Shown one piece after another: positions 38,466-46,151 of a stretch of 46,151 bases of DNA. The notes beneath the pieces are model-generated. The model was not told the origin of the DNA. It ran no database searches and saw only the letters and a list, made by a program, of their open reading frames with translations. The position numbers and the translations under genes are program-made. Source of the DNA: an uncultured Actinomycetes bacterium (GTDB lineage: Bacteria; Actinomycetota; UBA4738; HRBIN12). The number at the start of each line of letters is the position of its first letter. Positions within the stretch are counted from its first letter, which is position 1. Location: NCBI GenBank assembly GCA_963704885.1, contig CAVPIB010000006.1, forward strand, positions 1 to 46,151, in the 5' to 3' direction.

Positions 38466-38480
38466 CGGGAATACCCCTAC

Positions 38481-40160
38481 TCATCGGCCCGCCCACATAT
38501 CCAGCGCCTCGTCGCGCGCGGCCTGCCCCTCGGGGGCGTCGTCGATCCGCACCACCTGCTCCTCACGCTTCGGCGCCCGGTAGTAGTTGTAGTAGCGGTG
38601 CCGCCCCAGCGACTTCGAACGCTCGGTCGCGTCGTTCAGGACCACGCCGACCACCTTGCCGCCCAGGCGCGTCAGCAGCTCGGTCGTGCGGGTCGCCAGC
38701 TCGGCGTGGGTCTTCCCCGCGCGCGCGACCACGACGACCGCGTCGGCGTGTGCCAGCAGGGGCACCACGTCGCTCGCGACCAACAGCGGCGCGCAGTCCA
38801 GGATCACGACGTCGGCGATCGCCCGGGCTCGCTCCAGCAGCTGTTCCATCTGCGCGGAGCCCAGGAGCTCCACGTAGCGATCGGATGCGGCGCCACTGGG
38901 CATGACCGCCAGCATCACGATGGTCGGCAGACCGATGTACGGGAGCAGGTCGAAGCGAGCGTCTGGGTCGTCCAGCTTCCCGATGGCCGACAGCGCCTCC
39001 GCCAACCCTGGCCGATCGGGAACTCCGAAGAGCCGGTCGATGTCGGGGCGCCGCAGGTCGCATGAGAGCACCAGGACGCGCCTGCCCACCTCCGCGTACG
39101 CGGCAGCCAGGTTCGCGGCCACCGTGGTCTTCCCGTCACGCGCCTCCGGACTGGTGACCACGATCATCTTGGGCGGGCGGCCGTCGGACGCAGTCGATCC
39201 GTTCCCTCCGGTGCGGCCGTTGCCGTTGGAACCTCCATCCCCGACCGCCGATGTTCGCGAGATCGCGAGACCCAAGAGCCGGAACGCGTCGGCCGGGCGC
39301 GACATAGGGTGGATGGCCGTAACCACCTGCTTCCTCCATCGCCGCGAGATGTCGGGAATCTCCGCCAGCACTGGAAGCGCGAACCCCGCCTCGGCCTGCG
39401 CTCGGGTGCGGATCCGCGTGTCGTAGCGCTCCAGGACGAGTGCGAGCGCGATCCCGGCGAGCAGGCCGAGGATCGCCGCCAGGAGCGCCCTGGCGCCGCG
39501 GCTCTCGGGCGGCCTGAAGCCCTGGCCGGTGGCCGGCTCGGCCTTCGCTTGCTGGATGATCGTGAGCGAGATCGGAGCCGTCCGCTCCAGGGCCAACTGC
39601 GACAAGCCGGCTCGGAGGGGCGCGAGTTCGGCGCGGCCCGCGCCTGCGGCCTGCAGCGCTTCGAGCTGCGCCTGGAGCTGCGCCAGTTGCTGGTCGGCGC
39701 GACGGGCTTTGATCTGCTCCAGGTACTGCCGGAGCGCATGGGAGAACGCGGTCGACACTTCTTCGGCCCTCGACGGCATGGTCCCGTAGCCAGTGATGTC
39801 CAGGAATCCGCTCGTTTCGTCCGCCGCCGCCTGCACCTGGTTGCGGAGCGCGAGGGAACTGCCTTGGTAGTCCATGAGCTGCGATGCGAGCGCTACCACG
39901 TCGGGGAGCGTCACTACCTGAGCGAGCGCCTCCATGCCGGTGATGGACCCCGCCGTGTCGGTCGTCTGGACCCCTCGCCCAGGTGACCCCGGATCCCAGA
40001 GCACGGTCGTGGCCGAGTACTCGGCGGTAGAGCTGGTCACCGGAGCGTCATGCGAGGTCGGCGTGGTGAAAGATGCGGTGGCCACCGCGACCACGACGGC
40101 GGCAACGATCACCCACCACCGACGCCTCAGGATCGTCAGGTACTGGACCGGCTGCTCCAC
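38481..40160 (-). CDS. Polysaccharide co-polymerase / BY-kinase (Wzc-like fusion)
   Basis: YLTILRRRWW plus TM, a second TM, ERYDTRIRT, LPVLAEIP, Walker A SPEARDGKTT, DLRRP, VILDCAP, C-terminal Tyr cluster RYYNYY. Confidence 0.92.
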   Translation of the reverse strand: MEQPVQYLTILRRRWWVIVAAVVVAVATASFTTPTSHDAPVTSSTAEYSATTVLWDPGSPGRGVQTTDTAGSITGMEALAQVVTLPDVVALASQLMDYQGSSLALRNQVQAAADETSGFLDITGYGTMPSRAEEVSTAFSHALRQYLEQIKARRADQQLAQLQAQLEALQAAGAGRAELAPLRAGLSQLALERTAPISLTIIQQAKAEPATGQGFRPPESRGARALLAAILGLLAGIALALVLERYDTRIRTRAQAEAGFALPVLAEIPDISRRWRKQVVTAIHPMSRPADAFRLLGLAISRTSAVGDGGSNGNGRTGGNGSTASDGRPPKMIVVTSPEARDGKTTVAANLAAAYAEVGRRVLVLSCDLRRPDIDRLFGVPDRPGLAEALSAIGKLDDPDARFDLLPYIGLPTIVMLAVMPSGAASDRYVELLGSAQMEQLLERARAIADVVILDCAPLLVASDVVPLLAHADAVVVVARAGKTHAELATRTTELLTRLGGKVVGVVLNDATERSKSLGRHRYYNYYRAPKREEQVVRIDDAPEGQAARDEALDMWAGR

Positions 40161-40699
40161 GCCGCCTCCCCTCCCCCCACCAACAACGCGACCGCCGCGG
40201 CTTGGTTAGGGACGCCGAGGCGCTTGTAGGCGCGGGTCTTGTGCTGCTCCACGGTCTTAGGACTGATCCCCAGCGCGCGGGCGATCTGCTTGCCCACGAG
40301 ACCCTTCGACGCCAGCCGCAGCACCTGCTCCTCGCGACGACTGAGAGGCGACCGCGGCGTGGTGCGCGGCCGAACGCCCGGAGCGAGCGCCCAGGCCAGC
40401 TGCGCGACCGGTGCATCCATGGCGACCACGATGCTGCCCTCGTCGTCTTCGCCGGAGGCCGCGTCGCCGATGATCACGACGCGCAGACCGCGCTTGAGCA
40501 TGCGCGCGACCGCAGCCGTAGCGCCGGGGAGGCGAGCGTCGATCGCGACCGCGTCGGCTTGGCGGGCGAGGTGCTCTGTCTCCTTGGAGCTGGTCGCGAC
40601 GCCCACCGGCACGAGCGCCGGGTAACGCGCCAACGCCGCCGCGATGCCCTCGGCGGCGAGCGCCTCGCGGTGCGCGACGACCACGGCGCGGACGCTCAC
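40136..40699 (-). CDS. LuxR-family regulator with degenerate receiver domain
   Basis: LSRREEQVLRLASKG..KQIARALGISPKTVEQHK..KRLGV; shortened receiver without the acidic pocket (VVVAHRE). Confidence 0.85.
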   Translation of the reverse strand: MSVRAVVVAHREALAAEGIAAALARYPALVPVGVATSSKETEHLARQADAVAIDARLPGATAAVARMLKRGLRVVIIGDAASGEDDEGSIVVAMDAPVAQLAWALAPGVRPRTTPRSPLSRREEQVLRLASKGLVGKQIARALGISPKTVEQHKTRAYKRLGVPNQAAAVALLVGGGEAAWSSRSST

Positions 40700-42582
40700 G
40701 ACGCCTCCCCCACGCTGACCGGCTCCTCGACGCGCACGACGTCGGTGCCTCGCATCCGGTCTGCCAGCTCGTGGCGGCGGCCCTCGCGGGCGAGCGTCTC
40801 CAGGTCGCGAAGACGCCGACGCAGGACCGCCGGATCGGGGGGCGGCGGCTGGGCCACGACGATGCCCGGGTACCCGGAGGGCACCGGCGCCTCGTCGTCG
40901 TCCACGAGTTCCTCGTGCTGCTTCTCTCCCGGCCGTGCGCCGACCACCTGCACGGCGATGTCGCGACCGGGCACGCGGCCCGAGAGCCGGATCAGCTTCT
41001 GCGCCAGCTCCAGGATGTTGACCGGCTCGCCCATCTCGAGCGTGAACACCTCGCCGCCCTCGGCGAGCGTGGACGCCTGCAGTACCAGCTGCACCGCCTC
41101 CTCCACGCTCATGAAGTAGCGGGTCATGGCCGGGTCGGTGACCGTCACCGGGCCGCCCGCGGCGATCTGGCTGAGGAACGTGGGCACAACAGAGCCGCGA
41201 CTGCCGAGCACGTTGCCGAAGCGCACCGCGCAGAACACGGTGTCGCGTCCGGCCAGCCCGCGGACGATCTCCTCCGCCATCCGTTTGGATCCGCCCATGA
41301 CGCTCGCGGGGCGAACGGCCTTGTCGGTCGAGATCATCACGAACCGTTCGGTCCCCACGAGCGATGCGGCCTCGACCACGTTCGCCGTGCCGAGCACGTT
41401 GGTGAGGAGCGCCTCCTGCGGGTGCTCCTCCAGGATGGGCACGTGCTTGTGGGCGGCAGCGTGGAAGACCACCTCGGGACGATGCTCCAGGAAGACGTCG
41501 ACCATCCGTCCGCGGTCGCGGATGTCGGCGAGCACCGACGTCGGCCGCGTCCCGTCGAGCGTCATCAGCAGGTCGTGCAGGTGCGTCTCGTCGTTGTCGA
41601 GTAGCGCCAGGTGCATGGGCTCGAAGCCCCAGACCTGCCGCGCGATCTCGGAGCCGATCGAGCCGCCGGCCCCGGTGATCAGCACCCGCTTGCCGCGCAG
41701 CAGATGCCGCACGGCGGCCAGGTCGGTCTCCACCTGCCGGCGCCCCAGCAGGTCCTCGATGCGCAGGTCGCGCAGGTCGCGTGCCGTGACGCGGCCGTCG
41801 ACCAACTCACGGACCGACGGCAGCACCCGGAGCGACACGTCGGCCTCCTCGCACAGCATGGCGACCTCACGGATCAGCTCGCTCGTGGCCGTGGGGATGG
41901 CCAGCAGCACCTGGTCCACGGCGAACGTCCGCACCAGCGTGGGGATCGCGGATCTATCGCCCATCACGGTCACCCCGTGGAGCGATCGGCCGAACGTGCG
42001 CGGGTCGTCGTCGACGAGCGCCACGATCTGGAAGCCGGCCTCCTCGGGATGACGCGAGACGTCGGTCAGTACCTGCGCGCCGGCGTCGCCGACACCCATC
42101 AGGAGCACCCGGTTCAGCTCGGCCTGCGCGACACGGCGCCGGTACCCGAAGAGACGGCTCTGGAAGCGGATCGCGCCGAAGGCCATCACGGCCGCCGCGC
42201 TCCCGAACGCGACCACCGACAGCGGGATCGGACGGTGCGCGGCATCGATCACCAGGTCGAGCGCGACCACCGCGGCGAAGCCGCAGAGGCCTGCCAGCAG
42301 CACACGCCTGGCTTCCTGCACGCTCGCATGGCGCCACATCTGTCCATAGAGCCCCCACCGGTAGTTGGAGAAGAGATGGATCGCCGCGATGACGGCCAGC
42401 AGTTCCCAGAAACGCTTCCAACTCTCCGAGGGCACCCGGCCGTGGAACCGGATGACGAGCGAGATCAGGTAAGCGGCGATCACGAGCAGCGCATCGAGCG
42501 CCGCGAGCGGGACGTCGCGCCGGATGCGGCCGACGACGCGGCCGGGGAGGTTGGAGTCGGCGTCCACGTGCGCGTCCCTCAT
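40696..42582 (-). CDS. Membrane-bound UDP-GlcNAc 4,6-dehydratase (PglF/CapD/WbpM family)
   Basis: About 4 TM, then IEDLLGR, TGAGGSIGSEI, FHAAAHKHVP, ISTDKAVRP.SVMGGSK, VRFGNVLGSRGSV, MTRYFM, RPGEK.HEEL. Confidence 0.95.
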   Translation of the reverse strand: MRDAHVDADSNLPGRVVGRIRRDVPLAALDALLVIAAYLISLVIRFHGRVPSESWKRFWELLAVIAAIHLFSNYRWGLYGQMWRHASVQEARRVLLAGLCGFAAVVALDLVIDAAHRPIPLSVVAFGSAAAVMAFGAIRFQSRLFGYRRRVAQAELNRVLLMGVGDAGAQVLTDVSRHPEEAGFQIVALVDDDPRTFGRSLHGVTVMGDRSAIPTLVRTFAVDQVLLAIPTATSELIREVAMLCEEADVSLRVLPSVRELVDGRVTARDLRDLRIEDLLGRRQVETDLAAVRHLLRGKRVLITGAGGSIGSEIARQVWGFEPMHLALLDNDETHLHDLLMTLDGTRPTSVLADIRDRGRMVDVFLEHRPEVVFHAAAHKHVPILEEHPQEALLTNVLGTANVVEAASLVGTERFVMISTDKAVRPASVMGGSKRMAEEIVRGLAGRDTVFCAVRFGNVLGSRGSVVPTFLSQIAAGGPVTVTDPAMTRYFMSVEEAVQLVLQASTLAEGGEVFTLEMGEPVNILELAQKLIRLSGRVPGRDIAVQVVGARPGEKQHEELVDDDEAPVPSGYPGIVVAQPPPPDPAVLRRRLRDLETLAREGRRHELADRMRGTDVVRVEEPVSVGEAS

Positions 42583-43265
42583 CGGCCCACGCCCACCAGG
42601 TCGTCCAGGATCCCGTTCTGCGTCACGAACGCCGCCGCCTCCAGGCGCGAGTGCACGCCGAGCTTGCCAAGCACGTTCTGGATGTGCGTGCGGGCGGTAT
42701 CGGGACTGATGACCAGCCGTTGCGCCATGCCGTCGTTGTCCGCACCCTGCGCGAGCAGCACTAGCACCTCGCGCTCGCGGCGCGTGAGCACGGCCATGCG
42801 GCGGAGCGCGTCGTCGCGCGATTCACGGTGGTAGATCAGCTGCCGGAGCAGCCCGCCGAGCATGGCCGGGGGGACGAGCGCGTCGCCGCGATGCACCGCG
42901 CGCGTCGCGTGGATCAGGTCCTCCATGGGCGCGCCCTTCGACAGGTAGCCGCTGGCGCCGGCCTCCAGCGCACTGATCAGGATCTGTTCGTCCTCCTGCG
43001 CGCTGAACACGATCACGCGGCAATCGGGAACCCGGGCGCGGATCTGCTCCGTCGCGCAGATGCCGTCGCAGTTGGGCAGATCCGCGTCGAGCAGGGCGAC
43101 GTCGGGACGGAGCCGCTCAGCCTCGGCGACGGCCTGGAGACCGTCTGCGGCCTCACCGACGACCGTCAGGTCGTCCTCGCGGGAGAGCACCACCTTGACG
43201 GCCTCACGGAAGAGCGCCTGCTCGTCGGAGAGCAGCACGCGGATCACGTCGGTGCGTTCGTCCAT
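42579..43265 (-). CDS. NarL/FixJ family response regulator
   Basis: RVLLSDEQ, PDVALLD, GASGYLSK, LTRREREVL, HIQNVLGKLGVHSRLEAA; ATG 43265 after GGGGAAG. Confidence 0.93.
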   Translation of the reverse strand: MDERTDVIRVLLSDEQALFREAVKVVLSREDDLTVVGEAADGLQAVAEAERLRPDVALLDADLPNCDGICATEQIRARVPDCRVIVFSAQEDEQILISALEAGASGYLSKGAPMEDLIHATRAVHRGDALVPPAMLGGLLRQLIYHRESRDDALRRMAVLTRREREVLVLLAQGADNDGMAQRLVISPDTARTHIQNVLGKLGVHSRLEAAAFVTQNGILDDLVGVGR

Positions 43266-43327
43266 CTTCCCCCGTCCGTCGTGATGGACGACGCTACCGA
43301 CGGGAGCTGCGCCGAACACCCGCCGCG

Positions 43328-43348
43328 TGACGTACCCGAGGTACGTCA
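43328..43348. promoter_or_regulatory. Perfect palindrome, candidate response-regulator binding site
   Basis: TGACGTACC-CGA-GGTACGTCA, upstream of a minus-strand -10 TAGCGT (43291-43296). Confidence 0.6.
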
Positions 43349-43379
43349 ACCGGATGAGGGACCGGAGGGCGGGCGGAGG

Positions 43380-44018
43380 CTAGGTGCGGGCCTTCACCAG
43401 GTCATGGCGGACGGCGAACGCCGCCGCCTCGAGGCGGGAGTGGACCTGGAGCTTCGAGAGGATGCCCTGCACGTGCGTGCGCACGGTGTTGGGCGACACC
43501 CGCAGGCGCGCGGCGATCTGCTGGCTCGAGCAACCCTCCGCGAGTAGCTGCAGCACCTGGCGCTCCCGCGTCGTGAGCTGGGCGGCCATGAGTTCCATGT
43601 CGCGCTGCTCGTCGTCTACCTGGATGGTTCGCCGTGCGAGCCCGTGTGGAAAGACCGACTGCCCGTCGATCACGCTCACCAGGGACCGCTTGAACCGTTC
43701 GGCTTCCGTGTGCTTCGTCAGGTAGCCGTGGAACCCCAGCCGCAGAGCTTCATGAACCGCGCGTTCGTCCTCGAGGGCCGTCAGGGCGACCACCTTGGCG
43801 GCGGGGAGGGCCGCCAGGATGTCGGCCCCTAGGACGAGCCCGTCACGGTCCGGCAGACCCAGGTCGAGCAGTACCAGGTCTGGACGATGATCCACCGCGG
43901 CGGCCAAGCCCTCGTCGGCGGTGGTGACGATGCCCACGACCGTCAGCCCCATGTCCGCCAGGGTGACGCGGATCGCCTCCGCGAAGAGGAGGTGGTCGTC
44001 GATGATCAGGACGCGGAT
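43380..44018 (-). CDS. NarL/FixJ family response regulator (start codon non-canonical or miscalled)
   Basis: RVLIIDDH, PDLVLLDLGLP, VVALT, GYLTK, LTTRERQVL, HVQGILSKLQVHSRLEAA; SD GGAGG 5 nt before ATC 44018. Confidence 0.9.
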   Translation of the reverse strand: MRVLIIDDHLLFAEAIRVTLADMGLTVVGIVTTADEGLAAAVDHRPDLVLLDLGLPDRDGLVLGADILAALPAAKVVALTALEDERAVHEALRLGFHGYLTKHTEAERFKRSLVSVIDGQSVFPHGLARRTIQVDDEQRDMELMAAQLTTRERQVLQLLAEGCSSQQIAARLRVSPNTVRTHVQGILSKLQVHSRLEAAAFAVRHDLVKART

Positions 44019-45277
44019 AGGAGCCTCCCTCCCGCCGCGAGCGGCAGCTCGATGCGGAACTCGGTCCCCGGGCGGGCGGAGCGCAGGCCGATGGATCCTC
44101 CGTGCGCCTCTACGATCCGTCGAGCGATGAACAGTCCCAGCCCCTTGCCGCAGCGGGTCTCGCTCGCGAGGTGGCCACGAGCGAACGGATCGAAGATCAG
44201 ATGCCGTTCGGCGGCAGGCACGCCGGGCCCGCGATCGCGCACGCGGACCCGCGCGTTCTCGCCATCGGTCTCCACATCGATACGCACCGCCGTCGCGGGC
44301 GGAGCGTAGGAGAGCGCGTTGCGGACCACGTTCCCGATGGCCCCTCGCAACTGACGGGCGTCTGCCCGGATCGGAAGCGTTTGGGGCGCACGCACCACCA
44401 GGTCCGCGTGTTCGAACTCGAGGCGGCACGACATGACCACCTCGCCCACCACCTGGACCAGGTCGACCTGCCGCCTGCGCAACGAGCTGGAGCCGGCCGA
44501 CCACCGCAGCAGCGGGCCCACCAGGTTCGCCAACTGCTCGAGCTCGTCCCGGGACTGTTGCAGCAGCTCCCCGCTCTTCGGACCCTTGTCGTCGATACGG
44601 ACGTGCCCGAGGGCAGCCCGCGCACCCACCAGAGGACCGCGGAGCTCGTGCGCGGTCCAGGCGAGTGCCAGGTCGAGGTTGTCGGTCCGGAGCTGCGCCC
44701 ACCCCACCGCACCGAGGTGCGCGAGGGCCTCGGATAGGAGCGACCCCGCGGTCCGCAGGAACGCTCGGTGGTCGGCGCGCACGTCCATCGCCAGGAGCAC
44801 CGAGCTCCCGGCCGCGATCGACTCCGCTCGCTCGCGGCGGGCCACCTGCGCGACCCGAACGGCGAGGCGGTTCCGCGTCGACCGACCGACCTGGAGCGCG
44901 CTCACACCTTCGATGGAGCGCACGATGTCTCCGCGCTTGGCACCGACCCCGCGCGCGGCCGCCACGAACCAGCCGGTGCCCGCTCGATCAGGAAGCAGGC
45001 CCACGAGTGGTATGCGCAGATGCGTGAAGCAGCCTTGGACGACGCCGCGGACGGCAGCCGCCGGGGTCTCGGCCCGAAGGAGCGCCGCCGACAGCTCAAG
45101 CATGGCCGACATCTCGCGGATCGTTCGATCGCTCTCGGGAAGCTTCCGGGCGCTCCGTACCCAGCCGCTCATGGAGGAGGCAGCCGTCGACGAACCCGCC
45201 GGCGAGCCGACCGGGCGGTGGCTCGCGGGGAGGGGGCTTGGTGGGTATGCCTCGGATCGTGTCCGGGTCTTTCCCAT
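44006..45277 (-). CDS. Soluble sensor histidine kinase
   Basis: H-box AHELRGPL, N-box NVVRNALSY, DRGPG, IFDPF, GKGLGLFI..HGG; no obvious TM helix. Confidence 0.9.
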   Translation of the reverse strand: MGKTRTRSEAYPPSPLPASHRPVGSPAGSSTAASSMSGWVRSARKLPESDRTIREMSAMLELSAALLRAETPAAAVRGVVQGCFTHLRIPLVGLLPDRAGTGWFVAAARGVGAKRGDIVRSIEGVSALQVGRSTRNRLAVRVAQVARRERAESIAAGSSVLLAMDVRADHRAFLRTAGSLLSEALAHLGAVGWAQLRTDNLDLALAWTAHELRGPLVGARAALGHVRIDDKGPKSGELLQQSRDELEQLANLVGPLLRWSAGSSSLRRRQVDLVQVVGEVVMSCRLEFEHADLVVRAPQTLPIRADARQLRGAIGNVVRNALSYAPPATAVRIDVETDGENARVRVRDRGPGVPAAERHLIFDPFARGHLASETRCGKGLGLFIARRIVEAHGGSIGLRSARPGTEFRIELPLAAGGRLLSAS

Positions 45278-45300
45278 GGGGCCTCCCCGATGTAACCGGC

Positions 45301-45330
45301 AGTGTTGAACGCGGAGCGCGTTCTTGTCAA
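45301..45330 (-). promoter_or_regulatory. Candidate sigma-70 promoter of the HK/EPS operon with a palindrome in the spacer
   Basis: TTGACA (45330-45325), 18 nt, AACACT (45306-45301); the spacer contains GAACGCG-N3-CGCGTTC (45307-45323). Confidence 0.5.
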
Positions 45331-45358
45331 TCCGCCTTAGGGCGAACGATCGATATCT

Positions 45359-45375
45359 ACGTACGGAACGTACGG
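45359..45375. promoter_or_regulatory. ACGTACGG direct repeat / ACGTAC-N5-GTACG site
   Basis: ACGTACGG-A-ACGTACGG; same GTAC-N5-GTAC core as 43328-43348. Confidence 0.5.
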
Positions 45376-45480
45376 TGGGCGGGGGGTGCCGACCTACCTA
45401 GGGGCGTTCTATGGTCGCGTGGTCGGACATGCCGTAACCCCCCGGCGGCTCGGCTCGAACGGAGCGCAGTGGGGACGTCC

Positions 45481-45771
45481 ATGGCCGAAGACGCGGGACG
45501 CGCGCTCCGCCGCGCCCGCCTTGCCCGAGATCTCACTCTCAGACAGGTCGGCGAGCGATCCGGCGGTGCCTTCAAGCCCACGGCGGTGGCATGCTACGAA
45601 CGCGCCGAGCGCAGCATCTCGCTCGAACGGTTCTGCGAGCTGTGCGAGTTCTACGGTGTGGCGCCCGCGCAGCTGCTCGCCGAGATCATGGAGGCGGCGC
45701 GACGGCCGAGCCTCATCGTCGATCTGACCCGATTCGAGGAGCCGGCACCGTCGCCGTCCACCGACGGTTGA
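45481..45771 (+). CDS. XRE-family HTH regulator resembling the BldD N-terminal DNA-binding domain
   Basis: GRALRRAR..LTLRQVGERSGGAFKPTAVACYERAERSISLERFCELCEFYGV..LL..LIVDLTR parallels BldD GAKLRAIR..LSLHGVEEKSQGRWKAVVVGSYERGDRAVTVQRLAELADFYGV..LL..LVLDLER (BldD sequence recalled from memory). Confidence 0.8.
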   Translation: MAEDAGRALRRARLARDLTLRQVGERSGGAFKPTAVACYERAERSISLERFCELCEFYGVAPAQLLAEIMEAARRPSLIVDLTRFEEPAPSPSTDG

Positions 45772-46117
45772 CCCACGCCCACACCGACCAACCGATCGCG
45801 GCCCCCACGCCGTCGGCGACCCAATCGAGCGGTTCCGTGTCGCGTCCGGTGAAGTGCTGCAGCAGCTCCAACACCCCTCCGGCGACGACCGCCAGGACAA
45901 CCAGCCAGGCGGCCGAGCCCGGGAACGAGCCGGCACCTCGGCCGGGACGCCGATCCGCCGCCAACGCGAGAAGGAGCACCATCACGGCGTAGGCCAGCGC
46001 GTGAAGCACCTTGTCCGCCTGAGGGAAAGAGTCGGCCTCAGGTGGCGTCGGCCCGAGCGTCCACACGACGGTCGCCGTCGCCCATATGACGGCCGCGCCC
46101 CAGAGCAGCACATCCAC
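45713..46117 (-). CDS. VanZ-like family membrane protein
   Basis: DKVLHALAY, ELLQHFTGR, DWVADGVG; start may lie further upstream. Confidence 0.8.
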   Translation of the reverse strand: MDVLLWGAAVIWATATVVWTLGPTPPEADSFPQADKVLHALAYAVMVLLLALAADRRPGRGAGSFPGSAAWLVVLAVVAGGVLELLQHFTGRDTEPLDWVADGVGAAIGWSVWAWVNRRWTATVPAPRIGSDRR

Positions 46118-46151
46118 GAGGCTGGACGAGCGCCGCGTCAGATCAGGCTCA

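Noticed and set aside
44019-44702. 228-aa N-terminal extension of the response regulator in the ORF track (43380..44702)
   Set aside because: It overlaps the HK catalytic domain in another frame and reads as Arg/Gly/Pro-rich off-frame sequence.
45307-45323. LexA (SOS) box
   Set aside because: The GAAC...GTTC half-sites are separated by 9 nt rather than the 4 nt of the Gram-positive/actinobacterial box.
1-46151. Many long antisense or alternate-frame ORFs (e.g. 7667..9358, 14703..15794, 33427..34716, 41611..42834)
   Set aside because: They are shadows of real genes in high-GC DNA with few stop codons and show no recognisable motifs.
1-46151. CRISPR array, tRNA, rRNA, phage or defence genes
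   Set aside because: No regularly spaced repeats, cloverleaf/rRNA signatures or such protein motifs were recognised by eye; no covariance search was run.

Overview
High-GC DNA, most likely from an actinobacterium: it has a PPOX-class F420 enzyme, DUF4012, a BldD-like regulator and leaderless TANNNT promoters. Bases 1-12.9 kb hold ordinary genes: ABC transporters, MoxR-DUF58-DUF4129, a DHA2 MFS pump, an NDP-sugar epimerase and DUF4012. Bases 13-45 kb form one minus-strand surface-polysaccharide (EPS/capsule) locus. It starts with a histidine kinase and NarL/LuxR regulators and includes PglF-like, Wzc-like and Wzy-like proteins, an ABC flippase, GT4s, Ugd, UXS and a PglC-like transferase. Its tailoring set is unusually rich: two sulfotransferases, a GNAT, a deacetylase, a DegT aminotransferase and a NodU-type carbamoyltransferase. 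The main finding is a five-gene cassette at about 32.6-37.6 kb inside this locus. It encodes a stand-alone A domain with a proline-type code (DLFYLALVCK), a carrier protein, a PltE/RedW/AnaB-type prolyl-PCP dehydrogenase and two alpha/beta-hydrolases (one with Cys at the nucleophile position, one apparently inactive). This is pyrrole-2-carbonyl (or pyrroline) machinery with no PKS/NRPS acceptor, which suggests pyrrolyl acylation of a surface glycan (inference). The window also shows both the empty insertion site and the filled site of this cassette as ~90%-identical paralogous copies. The 20.8-32.2 kb block is full of indels, probably long-read consensus errors, so coordinates there are approximate. 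All family calls come from motif recognition by eye; no searches were run.
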